Shown here: positions 9,799-18,781 of the stretch, piece by piece
Layout: every line of letters starts with the position of its first letter
Position numbering within the stretch: position 1 is the first letter of the stretch
Assembly (NCBI GenBank): GCA_050011875.1
Contig: JBEKIG010000003.1
Coordinates: forward strand, 64,001-128,000
Direction: 5' to 3'
Origin: Nitrososphaeria archaeon
Lineage (GTDB): Archaea; Thermoproteota; Nitrososphaeria; JACIWG01
DNA: 64,000 nt
The notes under the pieces: model-generated
Told to the model about the DNA's origin: nothing
Databases searched by the model: none
What the model saw: only the letters and a program-made list of their open reading frames with translations
Translations under genes and position numbers: made by a program

Positions 9799-10758
9799 TT
9801 ACTTGTCGACCATCCTAGCACCTACGCCAGGTTTTGTGATGTAATAAGACGCTTCAACGTCAGCCCTGTTAAAGGCTTCGCACATTGACTTGCCTATCTC
9901 CGAACCATCGCAAACGCTGTTGTCAAAGAATGCAGCCATGCTTGGACCAGCACCGCTGATTGTCACACCGAGGGCGCCAGAACCGGATGCGGCCTCCTTA
10001 ACATAGGAGTATCCTGGGATCAGCTTTGATCTTGCAGGTTCAACTACCGCATCACTGAGTGAGCAGCCGAAGAGCTTTAGATCTTTTAGAAATAAAGCAG
10101 CCACTACGGCGGAGGCGTTACCTACGTTGTGAACAAGCTGCGTCAGTTCGATTGATTTTGGTATGACTGCTCTAAACTGCTCCGTCTTCTTTGCGCCATA
10201 GGACAATTTGGGTGAGGAGATGCATATGCCGAGATGTTTAGGTGGATCAACTTTAATGACATCCATGGGTGTGTAGGACCTGACTATCGTGAAACCCCCT
10301 AACAGAGATGCTGAAACATTGTCAGCATGGGGTTTGCCAGCAGAAGCTACTTCCCCTAATGAAGCGTACCTGACAAGAGCGTTCTGGTCCAGGTTTAAAG
10401 AAAAAAGCGTATTTACGCCAAAAGCAACCGCACAAGCTGAAGCAGCACTACTTCCCATCCCCATGCCTACCGGTATCCCCTTGACGACTTTGACGTCTAA
10501 ACCCCTTGTCAAATGGAAATCCCTCGCCATCGTAGACGCGACAATTCCAGCAGTGTTACCTTCCAATTGAATAGGTATCCTGTCGGAGTCTATTCCTTCA
10601 ACAGAAACCTTCAGCCGCTCCCCTCCGACAGATATGGTAACCTTATCCTTTGGCGAAACTAATGCTAACGCAAAAACATCGAAGCCAGGGCCGACGTTGG
10701 CTGAAGATGCCGGTGCTTCGACAATTATCTTGTCTTGCCCAAACTTTAAGGCGGGCAT
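9799..10758 (-). CDS. thrB: Homoserine kinase
   Basis: APASSANVGPGFD, IPVGMGMGSSAAS, HADNV, ISGAGPS. Confidence 0.95.
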   Translation of the reverse strand: MPALKFGQDKIIVEAPASSANVGPGFDVFALALVSPKDKVTISVGGERLKVSVEGIDSDRIPIQLEGNTAGIVASTMARDFHLTRGLDVKVVKGIPVGMGMGSSAASACAVAFGVNTLFSLNLDQNALVRYASLGEVASAGKPHADNVSASLLGGFTIVRSYTPMDVIKVDPPKHLGICISSPKLSYGAKKTEQFRAVIPKSIELTQLVHNVGNASAVVAALFLKDLKLFGCSLSDAVVEPARSKLIPGYSYVKEAASGSGALGVTISGAGPSMAAFFDNSVCDGSEIGKSMCEAFNRADVEASYYITKPGVGARMVDK

Positions 10759-10831
10759 TTATTTCTCTCAAGATAAAATAGGCATCATATTTAAACTTGC
10801 ACGTGTTTATATTGGTAATGGAGGATAGAAA

Positions 10832-11425
10832 CTATTTCTTATCTTTAAGCATAAGAGATGAGAGGTTTGGGTATTCAGAGACAAATCTTATCCTATAGGT
10901 GAAGTCAGGTTTTATCTGGCTAGACTGCTGGATAGCCCTTTGGATTTCCGTCTCATCTAAGCTTGTGTCAGCGATAAGGTTTTCGATAGAAGACCTGATC
11001 TGTAAGGAGACCTGTTCGCTAAGCCTTTCCTTAGAAAAATATTTTAGAATATCTTCGATTACAGCGATCTTCCCTAAAATTTCAACCTTTTCCATCGGTT
11101 CTTTGAACGCTTCCTCGGCTAAAACCTGCAGCCTTATCTTTATCTGGGCCAGTTCTCTGAGTATGACGATTATTTCGTCTTCTAGCCTTATCAATTCGTA
11201 AGAAGAAGAAGCCTTCTGAAGGTCGTTTAATGTAGATACATCGTGTATCCTGTTCAGGGAATCAAATAGTCTATCTACGCACTTTGTGACATTCTGAATA
11301 TGTGCGATTACATCTTCCTGTAGCTGTGAATATTTCTCAGGTAACTTCTTTTCTAGGACGAATTTCCTATTTCCAGCTACAAATATCGATAAGGTTTTGA
11401 GAACTTCAATTGTGTCCTCTATCAT
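10832..11425 (-). CDS. Hypothetical helical protein
   Basis: 197-aa ORF with amphipathic helical pattern and an upstream TATA-like sequence. No motif recognised. Confidence 0.65.
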   Translation of the reverse strand: MIEDTIEVLKTLSIFVAGNRKFVLEKKLPEKYSQLQEDVIAHIQNVTKCVDRLFDSLNRIHDVSTLNDLQKASSSYELIRLEDEIIVILRELAQIKIRLQVLAEEAFKEPMEKVEILGKIAVIEDILKYFSKERLSEQVSLQIRSSIENLIADTSLDETEIQRAIQQSSQIKPDFTYRIRFVSEYPNLSSLMLKDKK

Positions 11426-11509
11426 CGATTATATCGCGCGGATATGCTTTAATAATCTTTGTAACCAAAGTTAATGAAAAATCGCTTCCATCGCAGAATT
11501 TATATAAGC

Positions 11510-12469
11510 TTATAGTTTCACCATCCTTAATCCACCTAAAACGAAATCAGGGGCCAATAGGTTACCTGAGACAACTTCAACGCCATATGATCTAAATACT
11601 TTATCGCCGGCACAAAAATCGATCCTGACATTATCATATACCATAGATGTGTCCAAAATAAAATCAAAGAGCTGAGCTTGATCGCTGAAACTAATTATTC
11701 CAGTCTCTTCCGACGTTGTGCCGAAGTAGCAGGTGCCAAGTTCTTCAGCTTCTGCGGCAAATGAACTTATCGGATCACATGTGAGGAGGACTATCACGTT
11801 ATTTCTGAACTCTATCGCCCTCTGCTTAAACTTCCCCGTAGCATCTGCTATCTCTTTACGTATCCAGACACCAGAATGTCCTCCTTCATCTATACTGGAG
11901 AAGCTCGCCATGAGTGACACGTCTAAGGGTGGAAAAAGTGTGAACTCAGTATTAGCTTTCAGGAAGTTGATTTCATTCATCGCATAGAATGCCTTACTTC
12001 TATCAATTGAAGAACTCTGAACTCCAGTTTCGGTATTATATCCCATCTTCTCTATCTCCAACATAGCGAGCCTTGGCACCGCAAATATGAGATTTTTCAG
12101 AGTTGGACCAAGAATGTGTGACAGAAGCTTTGAACAATATCGGCTACTGATGAATCCAATATCAGGGACCAAGTATTTATAGCTCATCTTGGAAAGAAAG
12201 AATTCTTTCCAGTCTGGGGCTGTTATAAGCTTTCCCACCCTTTCTCCCGAAAGACAGGTGGTTATCCTAGAAGGATTGTATACGTTGAAGAATTGGGTGT
12301 TAAGGTCCAGTTCCTTCTGAAACTTTATACTTCTGGAAGCGTCATCGTATTCCCAAACCTTATCTTGATCTCTGTAGGTGCGTATGGTAAGAGACGCGCT
12401 TTGGAGCTTTGCATTGAAATCTAATGCTTCTATAAGCTCCGAGAACTGCTTCCGCTCTACTACGCTCAA
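11510..12469 (-). CDS. Hypothetical protein with PIN-like domain
   Basis: YLVPDIGF / VPRLAMLEIE / LLTCD...AAEAEEL spacing resembles PIN nucleases. Confidence 0.5.
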   Translation of the reverse strand: MSVVERKQFSELIEALDFNAKLQSASLTIRTYRDQDKVWEYDDASRSIKFQKELDLNTQFFNVYNPSRITTCLSGERVGKLITAPDWKEFFLSKMSYKYLVPDIGFISSRYCSKLLSHILGPTLKNLIFAVPRLAMLEIEKMGYNTETGVQSSSIDRSKAFYAMNEINFLKANTEFTLFPPLDVSLMASFSSIDEGGHSGVWIRKEIADATGKFKQRAIEFRNNVIVLLTCDPISSFAAEAEELGTCYFGTTSEETGIISFSDQAQLFDFILDTSMVYDNVRIDFCAGDKVFRSYGVEVVSGNLLAPDFVLGGLRMVKL

Positions 12470-12567
12470 ATTCCGTCAGAAAGATGTAAAAGTGCCATGA
12501 TATAATCTTTGACCAACACTTCGACCATACATCGTCAGGACTATCCTCTTGAATTCTTCGACAGCCC

Positions 12568-14955
12568 TCATGAAGCATGCATCCACTGTAAAGGAAAGGT
12601 TATTGTGAACTTTGAACCCTTTCCAACACTACTTTCTACGGTTATCCTTCCACCATGTGCCTCTATCAGTCTCTTACATATTGCAAGCCCTAATCCTGTA
12701 CCCTTTGATTTAGTCGTAAAGAAGGGCTTAAAGAGTTTTTGTAAATTCTCCTCGGATATACCGACACCTGTATCTTCAACGCTAACTATTCCTTCTTTTT
12801 CAGTCTTTGACATTTTTATTTGCAGATGACCTCCCTCTGGCATAGCTTGGATCGCGTTCGTAATCAAGTTAGTAAACACCCTTGCCATAAAGGCTGAATC
12901 AACAAAAACTTCAGGGAAACCGTCTTGAACTTCAATTTTAAACGTGATATTATTCGGGATTTCAATTGTTAAAATAAGCGAGTTTAGAAGCTCCAGCAAG
13001 TTTGTTGGGGCAAAAGCCGGTTTAAGAGATCTCGCATAATCTTGGAGATCTGAGACCATCCTGCTCATGTACCCAATCTGCAAATCGATATCGTCTAGCA
13101 TTTCCTTAATGTCTCGTTTCTCCTTATCCAAAAGCTGCAATGGCTTGATCTTATCTTTTGCGAGGAATGTCTTATATATAATGACCTGCAATGGAGAACG
13201 TAAGTCATGCCCTATCATGGACGCCATTTCGCCTATAGCAGCCAAACGCTCTGCTTCCTTCAACTGCTTTGTCCTCTCTTCCACCAATTCCTCAAGATGT
13301 TTCGAATAGCGTTCAAGTTCTTTCTCCATTCTTTTATGTTCTGTTATATCACGAAATATTCCCTGCATCACTTTTTTGCCTCCAATTTCGAAGATACTAG
13401 ACTTGATCGAAACATCTTTGATTTCCCCCCCTTTGGTGATAATCTGCGATTCTAAGACTTGCCCTTCCATTTCTCCTAGATGCTGTTTAAAGGCTCGAGT
13501 AAATTTGCCTTCTACTTCCTTTTTGGGATGTAGTGTGATTCTACTCTGAAGCTTTCCAACGATTTCTGATCTTTCTTTGCCTACTAGCTTTTCTGCTTCT
13601 TTGTTGCAGTCAATTATCAGGCCAGTGCTTGCATCAGCTAAAAATATAGCGTCCATCGCTTTCTGGAACTGCGTTTTATACCTATTCTCTGAAATTTCAA
13701 GTTCATTTAAAGTCCTATAGTTTTCATAGGAGACTGCTACAAGTTCGGCGAAAGCAGAAACCAATAACAGGTCATTCCTATTAAAACCACCCGGCTTATT
13801 GCCTAAAATGATAAGACCTACGGGTGTTCCTTTAACACCTAAAGGAGATATTAGAATATTTTCGAGTTGAATATGCCCATCTGGTGGAGTTCCCACCTGA
13901 ATATCCCTTTTTAAATTATTATTATAAATCGCTTTTTTTGGAAGGTGTAAATCTCTATGTATACCAGTAATAGCTTTTTCAACATCTTCTTTGGTAATAT
14001 TCGGGTTTTGTTCGAAACCTAGAAATAAGATTTTTTCCTTTAAGCTTTTAGGACTTGCAAATGAGATATATCCATAAGACACACCCATCAAGCGCATACA
14101 TGAATTGAAAATGAATTTTGCAGATTCCTCGAAATTAGGATATTTAAGGACTGCTTGCGCGCTTTCAAATAGAGTTAAGAATTCCTTCGATTTTTGTTGC
14201 GCCTCTTTTAAAGTAACTTCAAGGTTTTTTTCAGTATTTTTTCTTATTGTTATATCTCTTCCATAAAAGTTAATGTATCGCTTTTCAAGCACCATTTTCA
14301 CATAAAATAGGTAAGTTCTTGAATTGTGTTCGATCTCAACACTTTTGACCTCTTCACTTTTACTAACTTCCAAGATCAAGTTCTTCCAGAAATCTGATGC
14401 ATAGGATCCTACTTCTCCTACTATGTCCTTAATCAGTTCTTTGGTGGCTCTGTTCTCATATAGTACTGTGCCATCGATTCCTATGCGAAAAACGGGATTT
14501 GGGTTTTCTTCCGGAAAACTTGCATTGTCCTTAATTTGCTCTTCTTCTATCTTTTCCTTTGTTATATCAGATAAAGTGATTACCGATTTGCCATCATTAA
14601 GCATTCTCATTTCTGCTTTCACATATCTCAATTCACCACCCTGATTAGATATACGGTAAATTGATGTGCCACCTCCTTCAATCAAGTGCCTTCTAAAAGT
14701 CGTGTACACATTCTTTTGGTCTCCCTCGACTGGAAAAACCTTGGCTATTGTATGCTTCACGTTTTTGATTTCATCCAGATTGCAGCCAAGGATTCGAAAG
14801 GATTCAGGATTAGCATATATAATATCCACATCCTTTCCGACTAAGATGATACCATAAGGTGCAGCATCCAAGATAGATAGAAGGGTTTCTTTTTCCTTCT
14901 GCAGAGCCTTATCACCAAGCTTTGAATTATGCGTAGCCGATTGCATTTTAATCAA
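12568..14955 (-). CDS. Soluble PAS-PAS-GAF-PAS sensor histidine kinase
   Basis: GHDLRSPL (H-box), NLITNAIQA (N-box), EDTGVGI, FKPFFTTK, GTGLGL. PAS ends SDITK, RDITI, RDITE. Confidence 0.95.
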   Translation of the reverse strand: MIKMQSATHNSKLGDKALQKEKETLLSILDAAPYGIILVGKDVDIIYANPESFRILGCNLDEIKNVKHTIAKVFPVEGDQKNVYTTFRRHLIEGGGTSIYRISNQGGELRYVKAEMRMLNDGKSVITLSDITKEKIEEEQIKDNASFPEENPNPVFRIGIDGTVLYENRATKELIKDIVGEVGSYASDFWKNLILEVSKSEEVKSVEIEHNSRTYLFYVKMVLEKRYINFYGRDITIRKNTEKNLEVTLKEAQQKSKEFLTLFESAQAVLKYPNFEESAKFIFNSCMRLMGVSYGYISFASPKSLKEKILFLGFEQNPNITKEDVEKAITGIHRDLHLPKKAIYNNNLKRDIQVGTPPDGHIQLENILISPLGVKGTPVGLIILGNKPGGFNRNDLLLVSAFAELVAVSYENYRTLNELEISENRYKTQFQKAMDAIFLADASTGLIIDCNKEAEKLVGKERSEIVGKLQSRITLHPKKEVEGKFTRAFKQHLGEMEGQVLESQIITKGGEIKDVSIKSSIFEIGGKKVMQGIFRDITEHKRMEKELERYSKHLEELVEERTKQLKEAERLAAIGEMASMIGHDLRSPLQVIIYKTFLAKDKIKPLQLLDKEKRDIKEMLDDIDLQIGYMSRMVSDLQDYARSLKPAFAPTNLLELLNSLILTIEIPNNITFKIEVQDGFPEVFVDSAFMARVFTNLITNAIQAMPEGGHLQIKMSKTEKEGIVSVEDTGVGISEENLQKLFKPFFTTKSKGTGLGLAICKRLIEAHGGRITVESSVGKGSKFTITFPLQWMHAS

Positions 14956-15266
14956 ATACTAATCAATACATTTATTTTAACTTTATTTATTGTGATTATG
15001 CCTATAATATTAGTAAAGTTGCTAAAGCCGACTAGTAAATAAAAGATAATTGTATGTATTTAGGCATATAATGCAAGAGAAGTGTTTGTGATGGTGTTGA
15101 AGATTCTTCACATTCCTGCCTTCTTTGCGATTTCAGTCAGCTACAATCGGCTTCTGCAAAAGTAGTGTTTCCTTACACACTTATGTTTAGAATCAGCAAG
15201 GTTTATTTAAGCAATAAACTTCTCATCACTAGATCGACTTTCCAATGTGAGGCACAGTGATATCTA

Positions 15267-17144
15267 ATGGCCAATTACACTTTGTTGGATGCAAAATATG
15301 ATGGTAATGTAGTCAGACTATTTTATCTCTCTGATAAAGGTAAAATCGAGGAGTGGAATGAAGGAATAGAATATCACCCCTACTTCTACTCCCTTGAAGA
15401 TTCAGATACAATAAGTAAAGTAAAGGATCTCGGCTGCAAGATAGCCCCGGACAGGAAGAAGGAACTTTTCTCAGATAAAGAGCTAGGCTATTATAGAATC
15501 GTTGGAAATGGGGCAGCGCTCGAAGAGGCGAGAAGTGTTTTAAATAAGGTCTGGGAAGATGATCTTCAAGTTGAGGAAAAATATGTCTTTGATAAAGGCG
15601 TAAGGTTCGGCGTTGCATACGACGATTTCGGTGAAAGCTTTCGGCCAGTCGGCGTCGATGCTAAAGTTTTCGAAGAAACTTTCGGTGATCTTGCGGATTC
15701 TGACTCGGTAAAGTACGATCTTGCCAAGAAATTCTTCAATATTATTGAGCAGCCACTTCCTGATATACCGGAGGAAGTCTCCAGACATTTCAGATATGAT
15801 AGGGATAGAATGCTTCAAGCTTTATATCTTTCACGGATTACCAATAGTCCGATAACTTTTAGAAACGCTCCTCCAAGTAATTTCATTAAATCATTGTACT
15901 ACCTATACCTGAAGAGCGAAGGGTATGTAATTCCTAAACCGGAAGAGTTGGCACGCGGTGAGAGCCCTAGAGGTGTCTATGGGAAAGCGGCGTTGGTGAT
16001 GACGCCTGAGAAAGGTATATTCTTGAATACCTATGCTCTTGACTTCGAGTCACTCTACCCGAGTTGTATTGATGTCTATAATCTATCACATGAAACAGTA
16101 AATTGCGAACATAGTGAATGCCTGACAAATAAAGTACCTGGAGAGCAACATCATATCTGCACGAGAAGAAGAGGGAAATATTCCACTTTGATTGGGACAC
16201 TCAAAGACCTCAGAATAAGATATTACAAAAAGAAAGGAAGAGAAGGAGACCCGAACACAAAGGTTATTTCTGAAGTTCTAAAGATGATACTGGTCATCTG
16301 CTATGGTGTTACGATAAGGATAAAAGGTCTCGCGAACCCCGCGCTCGCTGAATCCATAACGGCATACTCCAGAAATGCACTGAAAACTGCATGGAAATTT
16401 GCTCTCGAACAAAACCTAAGACCGGTCTACGGGGATACGGATTCCCTTTTTGTTGTAAACCCTTATGGTAAACAGCTGCAAACGTTGATTGACAGGGTAA
16501 GAAGTGAGCTCAGCCTCGACCTTGCTATAGACAAGAATTATAAGGTCTGCGTCTTCTCATCCGCTAAGAAGGCGTACCTTGGGATATACGAGAGCGGTAA
16601 GATCGATCCGAAGGGCCTTGTAGCCTTCAAGTCAAATACACCAAGATTTGTCAGAAACGTGCTCGAGGAAACAGCGATGGAGCTGGCCAAGATAAATACT
16701 CAAGATGATATCGCAGATGTTCGAAATAGAGTATATAAGATATTGGAAAGCAGGGAGAAAGATCTTCTTGCGAAGAGGTTTGAGGTCAAAGACATGGAAT
16801 TTAATGTTATACTACATAAGAAGCCTTCAGAAATAGCTGGTTCAAACGTATTCGCGCAGACTTATCAATGCGCAATTCAGATGATCAATTCCGGAGTCAA
16901 TTTGAGAAGGGGCCAAATTATTACCTTTGCAAAGGTGAAGGCCTTTAACTATCGTGGGAAAAAATTTACTGTTAAGCCAATAAACGCCGTTAAGAAGGAA
17001 GAAATCAACATAGCAGATTACATATCAAACTTGTACAGCATGATGGGCCAGATATTGGAGCCTTTAGGAATAAGTAAAAGCAACTCAGATAAAGGATATG
17101 ACGTTCTTACAAAATGGTTTAAGGATGCGACGGACCAAACGTGA
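15267..17144 (+). CDS. Family B DNA polymerase, PolB1-like, lacking the 3'-5' exonuclease domain
   Basis: Motif A DFESLYPS, motif B KMILVICYG, motif C YGDTDS, KKAYLG, KGL. Only 625 aa and no ExoI DIE motif. Confidence 0.9.
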   Translation: MANYTLLDAKYDGNVVRLFYLSDKGKIEEWNEGIEYHPYFYSLEDSDTISKVKDLGCKIAPDRKKELFSDKELGYYRIVGNGAALEEARSVLNKVWEDDLQVEEKYVFDKGVRFGVAYDDFGESFRPVGVDAKVFEETFGDLADSDSVKYDLAKKFFNIIEQPLPDIPEEVSRHFRYDRDRMLQALYLSRITNSPITFRNAPPSNFIKSLYYLYLKSEGYVIPKPEELARGESPRGVYGKAALVMTPEKGIFLNTYALDFESLYPSCIDVYNLSHETVNCEHSECLTNKVPGEQHHICTRRRGKYSTLIGTLKDLRIRYYKKKGREGDPNTKVISEVLKMILVICYGVTIRIKGLANPALAESITAYSRNALKTAWKFALEQNLRPVYGDTDSLFVVNPYGKQLQTLIDRVRSELSLDLAIDKNYKVCVFSSAKKAYLGIYESGKIDPKGLVAFKSNTPRFVRNVLEETAMELAKINTQDDIADVRNRVYKILESREKDLLAKRFEVKDMEFNVILHKKPSEIAGSNVFAQTYQCAIQMINSGVNLRRGQIITFAKVKAFNYRGKKFTVKPINAVKKEEINIADYISNLYSMMGQILEPLGISKSNSDKGYDVLTKWFKDATDQT

Positions 17145-17237
17145 TGCAGTTCCTTTAAAAAGAAAAAATCTTCGACGCAGGCAATCTACGTAGTAAAGGA
17201 TCAACAGGATTTTTTTAGAACGTCAGCGGTTATGAAT

Positions 17238-18311
17238 CTATGTGAATCTGCTCCGTGCATTAATCGGCCAGATAGCTTCTATTTCACCATTTCTAATCGC
17301 GTAGAATTTGTCGTGAAGATTTACGGTGGTACAGATGTGGCTAGGATACAGTTCGACCATGTCTCCAATTCTGAATTTATTTTTGGTCGCACCAAGATTT
17401 AAGACCCCATGTTCGTCGCTCGATACGTGGCATTCGACATGTTCCGAACCTTTTACCAGAGGCATTCCAGAGTCTGTTGAGCAAGCCTTTGTACCACAAT
17501 CAACTACAACTCTGCCGGTTGAAGAAATACTGATCACCCTTGATAATACTGTTGCGGCCATATCAAACTCTGGGGCAGCGACCTTATATCTCCAATCCAT
17601 CAGAGCGTAGGAACCGGCTTGAACTTCGTCAAGGACATTAAATTCGTATTTGTATGTTCCAGTTCCCGCACCGCTTACAACTTCAAGGTAGATGCCAGCA
17701 TGTTCAAAGTCTTCTCTAAGAACTTTTATTTTGTCTATAACTTTCTTTACTTCTTTCATTTTCTTATCTTTCCCTATCGTATGTTCGGCCATTTGCAGGT
17801 GACCATCATAAGCTTGAATGCCTTTTAGCCTCACACCTTTTAGCAAAGAGATCACCTTAGCAAGATTCAATGCCTCCGAAGGTTCGACGCCACATCTGTT
17901 CATTCCAACGTTTACTTCTATTAAAACATCCATCTGTTTATTCTTCCTTTCAGACGATCGAGAAATAAGTCTGATGTTTTCTATATCATCGACTAAACAC
18001 TTAATTTCAGAAAAGTTCAGAAGGTTGATCATCTTCTGAATCTTGGACTCTTGAACTATCTGATTTGTAAGAAGGATTTCACGGACGCCTGCATTTACTA
18101 ATACCTCCGCCTCATTAAGTGTTTGACAGCAGACACCGGAAGCTCCATATTGTAATTCTCTCCAAGCTACCGCAGTGGACTTTGGTGTCTTGAAATGAGC
18201 CTTTAACTTCGTTTTCTTTCCTAACAGCCATTCTTTCATAACTGTTAAATTCTTTTCCATAATGTCCAAATCTATTATTAGAGCAGGTGTTTCGATATCC
18301 GTTATCTTCAA
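17238..18311 (-). CDS. DSD1/D-threonine-aldolase-like fold-type III PLP enzyme
   Basis: TPALIIDLD, HFKT.K (PLP Lys), EVNVGMNRCGV, QAYDGH, SGAGTGT, EVQAGSY, DEHG, PSHICTTVNLHD. Confidence 0.9.
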   Translation of the reverse strand: MKITDIETPALIIDLDIMEKNLTVMKEWLLGKKTKLKAHFKTPKSTAVAWRELQYGASGVCCQTLNEAEVLVNAGVREILLTNQIVQESKIQKMINLLNFSEIKCLVDDIENIRLISRSSERKNKQMDVLIEVNVGMNRCGVEPSEALNLAKVISLLKGVRLKGIQAYDGHLQMAEHTIGKDKKMKEVKKVIDKIKVLREDFEHAGIYLEVVSGAGTGTYKYEFNVLDEVQAGSYALMDWRYKVAAPEFDMAATVLSRVISISSTGRVVVDCGTKACSTDSGMPLVKGSEHVECHVSSDEHGVLNLGATKNKFRIGDMVELYPSHICTTVNLHDKFYAIRNGEIEAIWPINARSRFT

Positions 18312-18535
18312 CTTTGTTCCTATGATTTACATATTTTTAACTTATTAAAGATTCTTTATTAAAAGCTGAGCTCCTATTTTTCACTTTCATTCGTATAACA
18401 TGACTTGGACAGGTGGTTTTTTATTGTCAGATCTTCTTTAAAAGCTCTTTAAGAGAATTTAAAACGTAAGTTACTAGTCTTTTTTTTCCTCAGCCTTATA
18501 TTTAACTTCACTTCGGAGCACCAGAAGGAGAAAGC

Positions 18536-18740
18536 CTAGTTCATTGGATAAACACCAGCCAAATGGAACAAAGCGTATTGAAATGGGAGACAGGCATTAA
18601 AGCTAATCCCAGAACCCGTTATGTACATGTCTCCTTTGTACTTTTTTTAAAATATTATCAGCGATTACCTTCACTTTCTCACTATTCCCGTCATAAGTTT
18701 TGTTTAGCGCTTCCGGCTCTTCAAGTATCTCCTTTAACAT
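18536..18740 (-). pseudogene. Truncated, frameshifted SIS-domain (GlmS/AgaS/FrlB-like) sugar isomerase remnant
   Basis: ATG 18740 gives MLKEILEEPEALNKTY...NILKK. After a 7-A run (18642-18648) the +1 frame continues KYKGDMYITGSGISFNACL to TAG at 18538. Confidence 0.75.
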
Positions 18741-18781
18741 GCTATGGCCAAATTAGTTTCTTATTATCTTTTTTCCATCCC

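Noticed and set aside
15080-15145. Minus-strand LTEIAKKAGM fragment resembling an HTH
   Set aside because: Only 10 codons, flanked by stops. Too short to support a pseudogene call.
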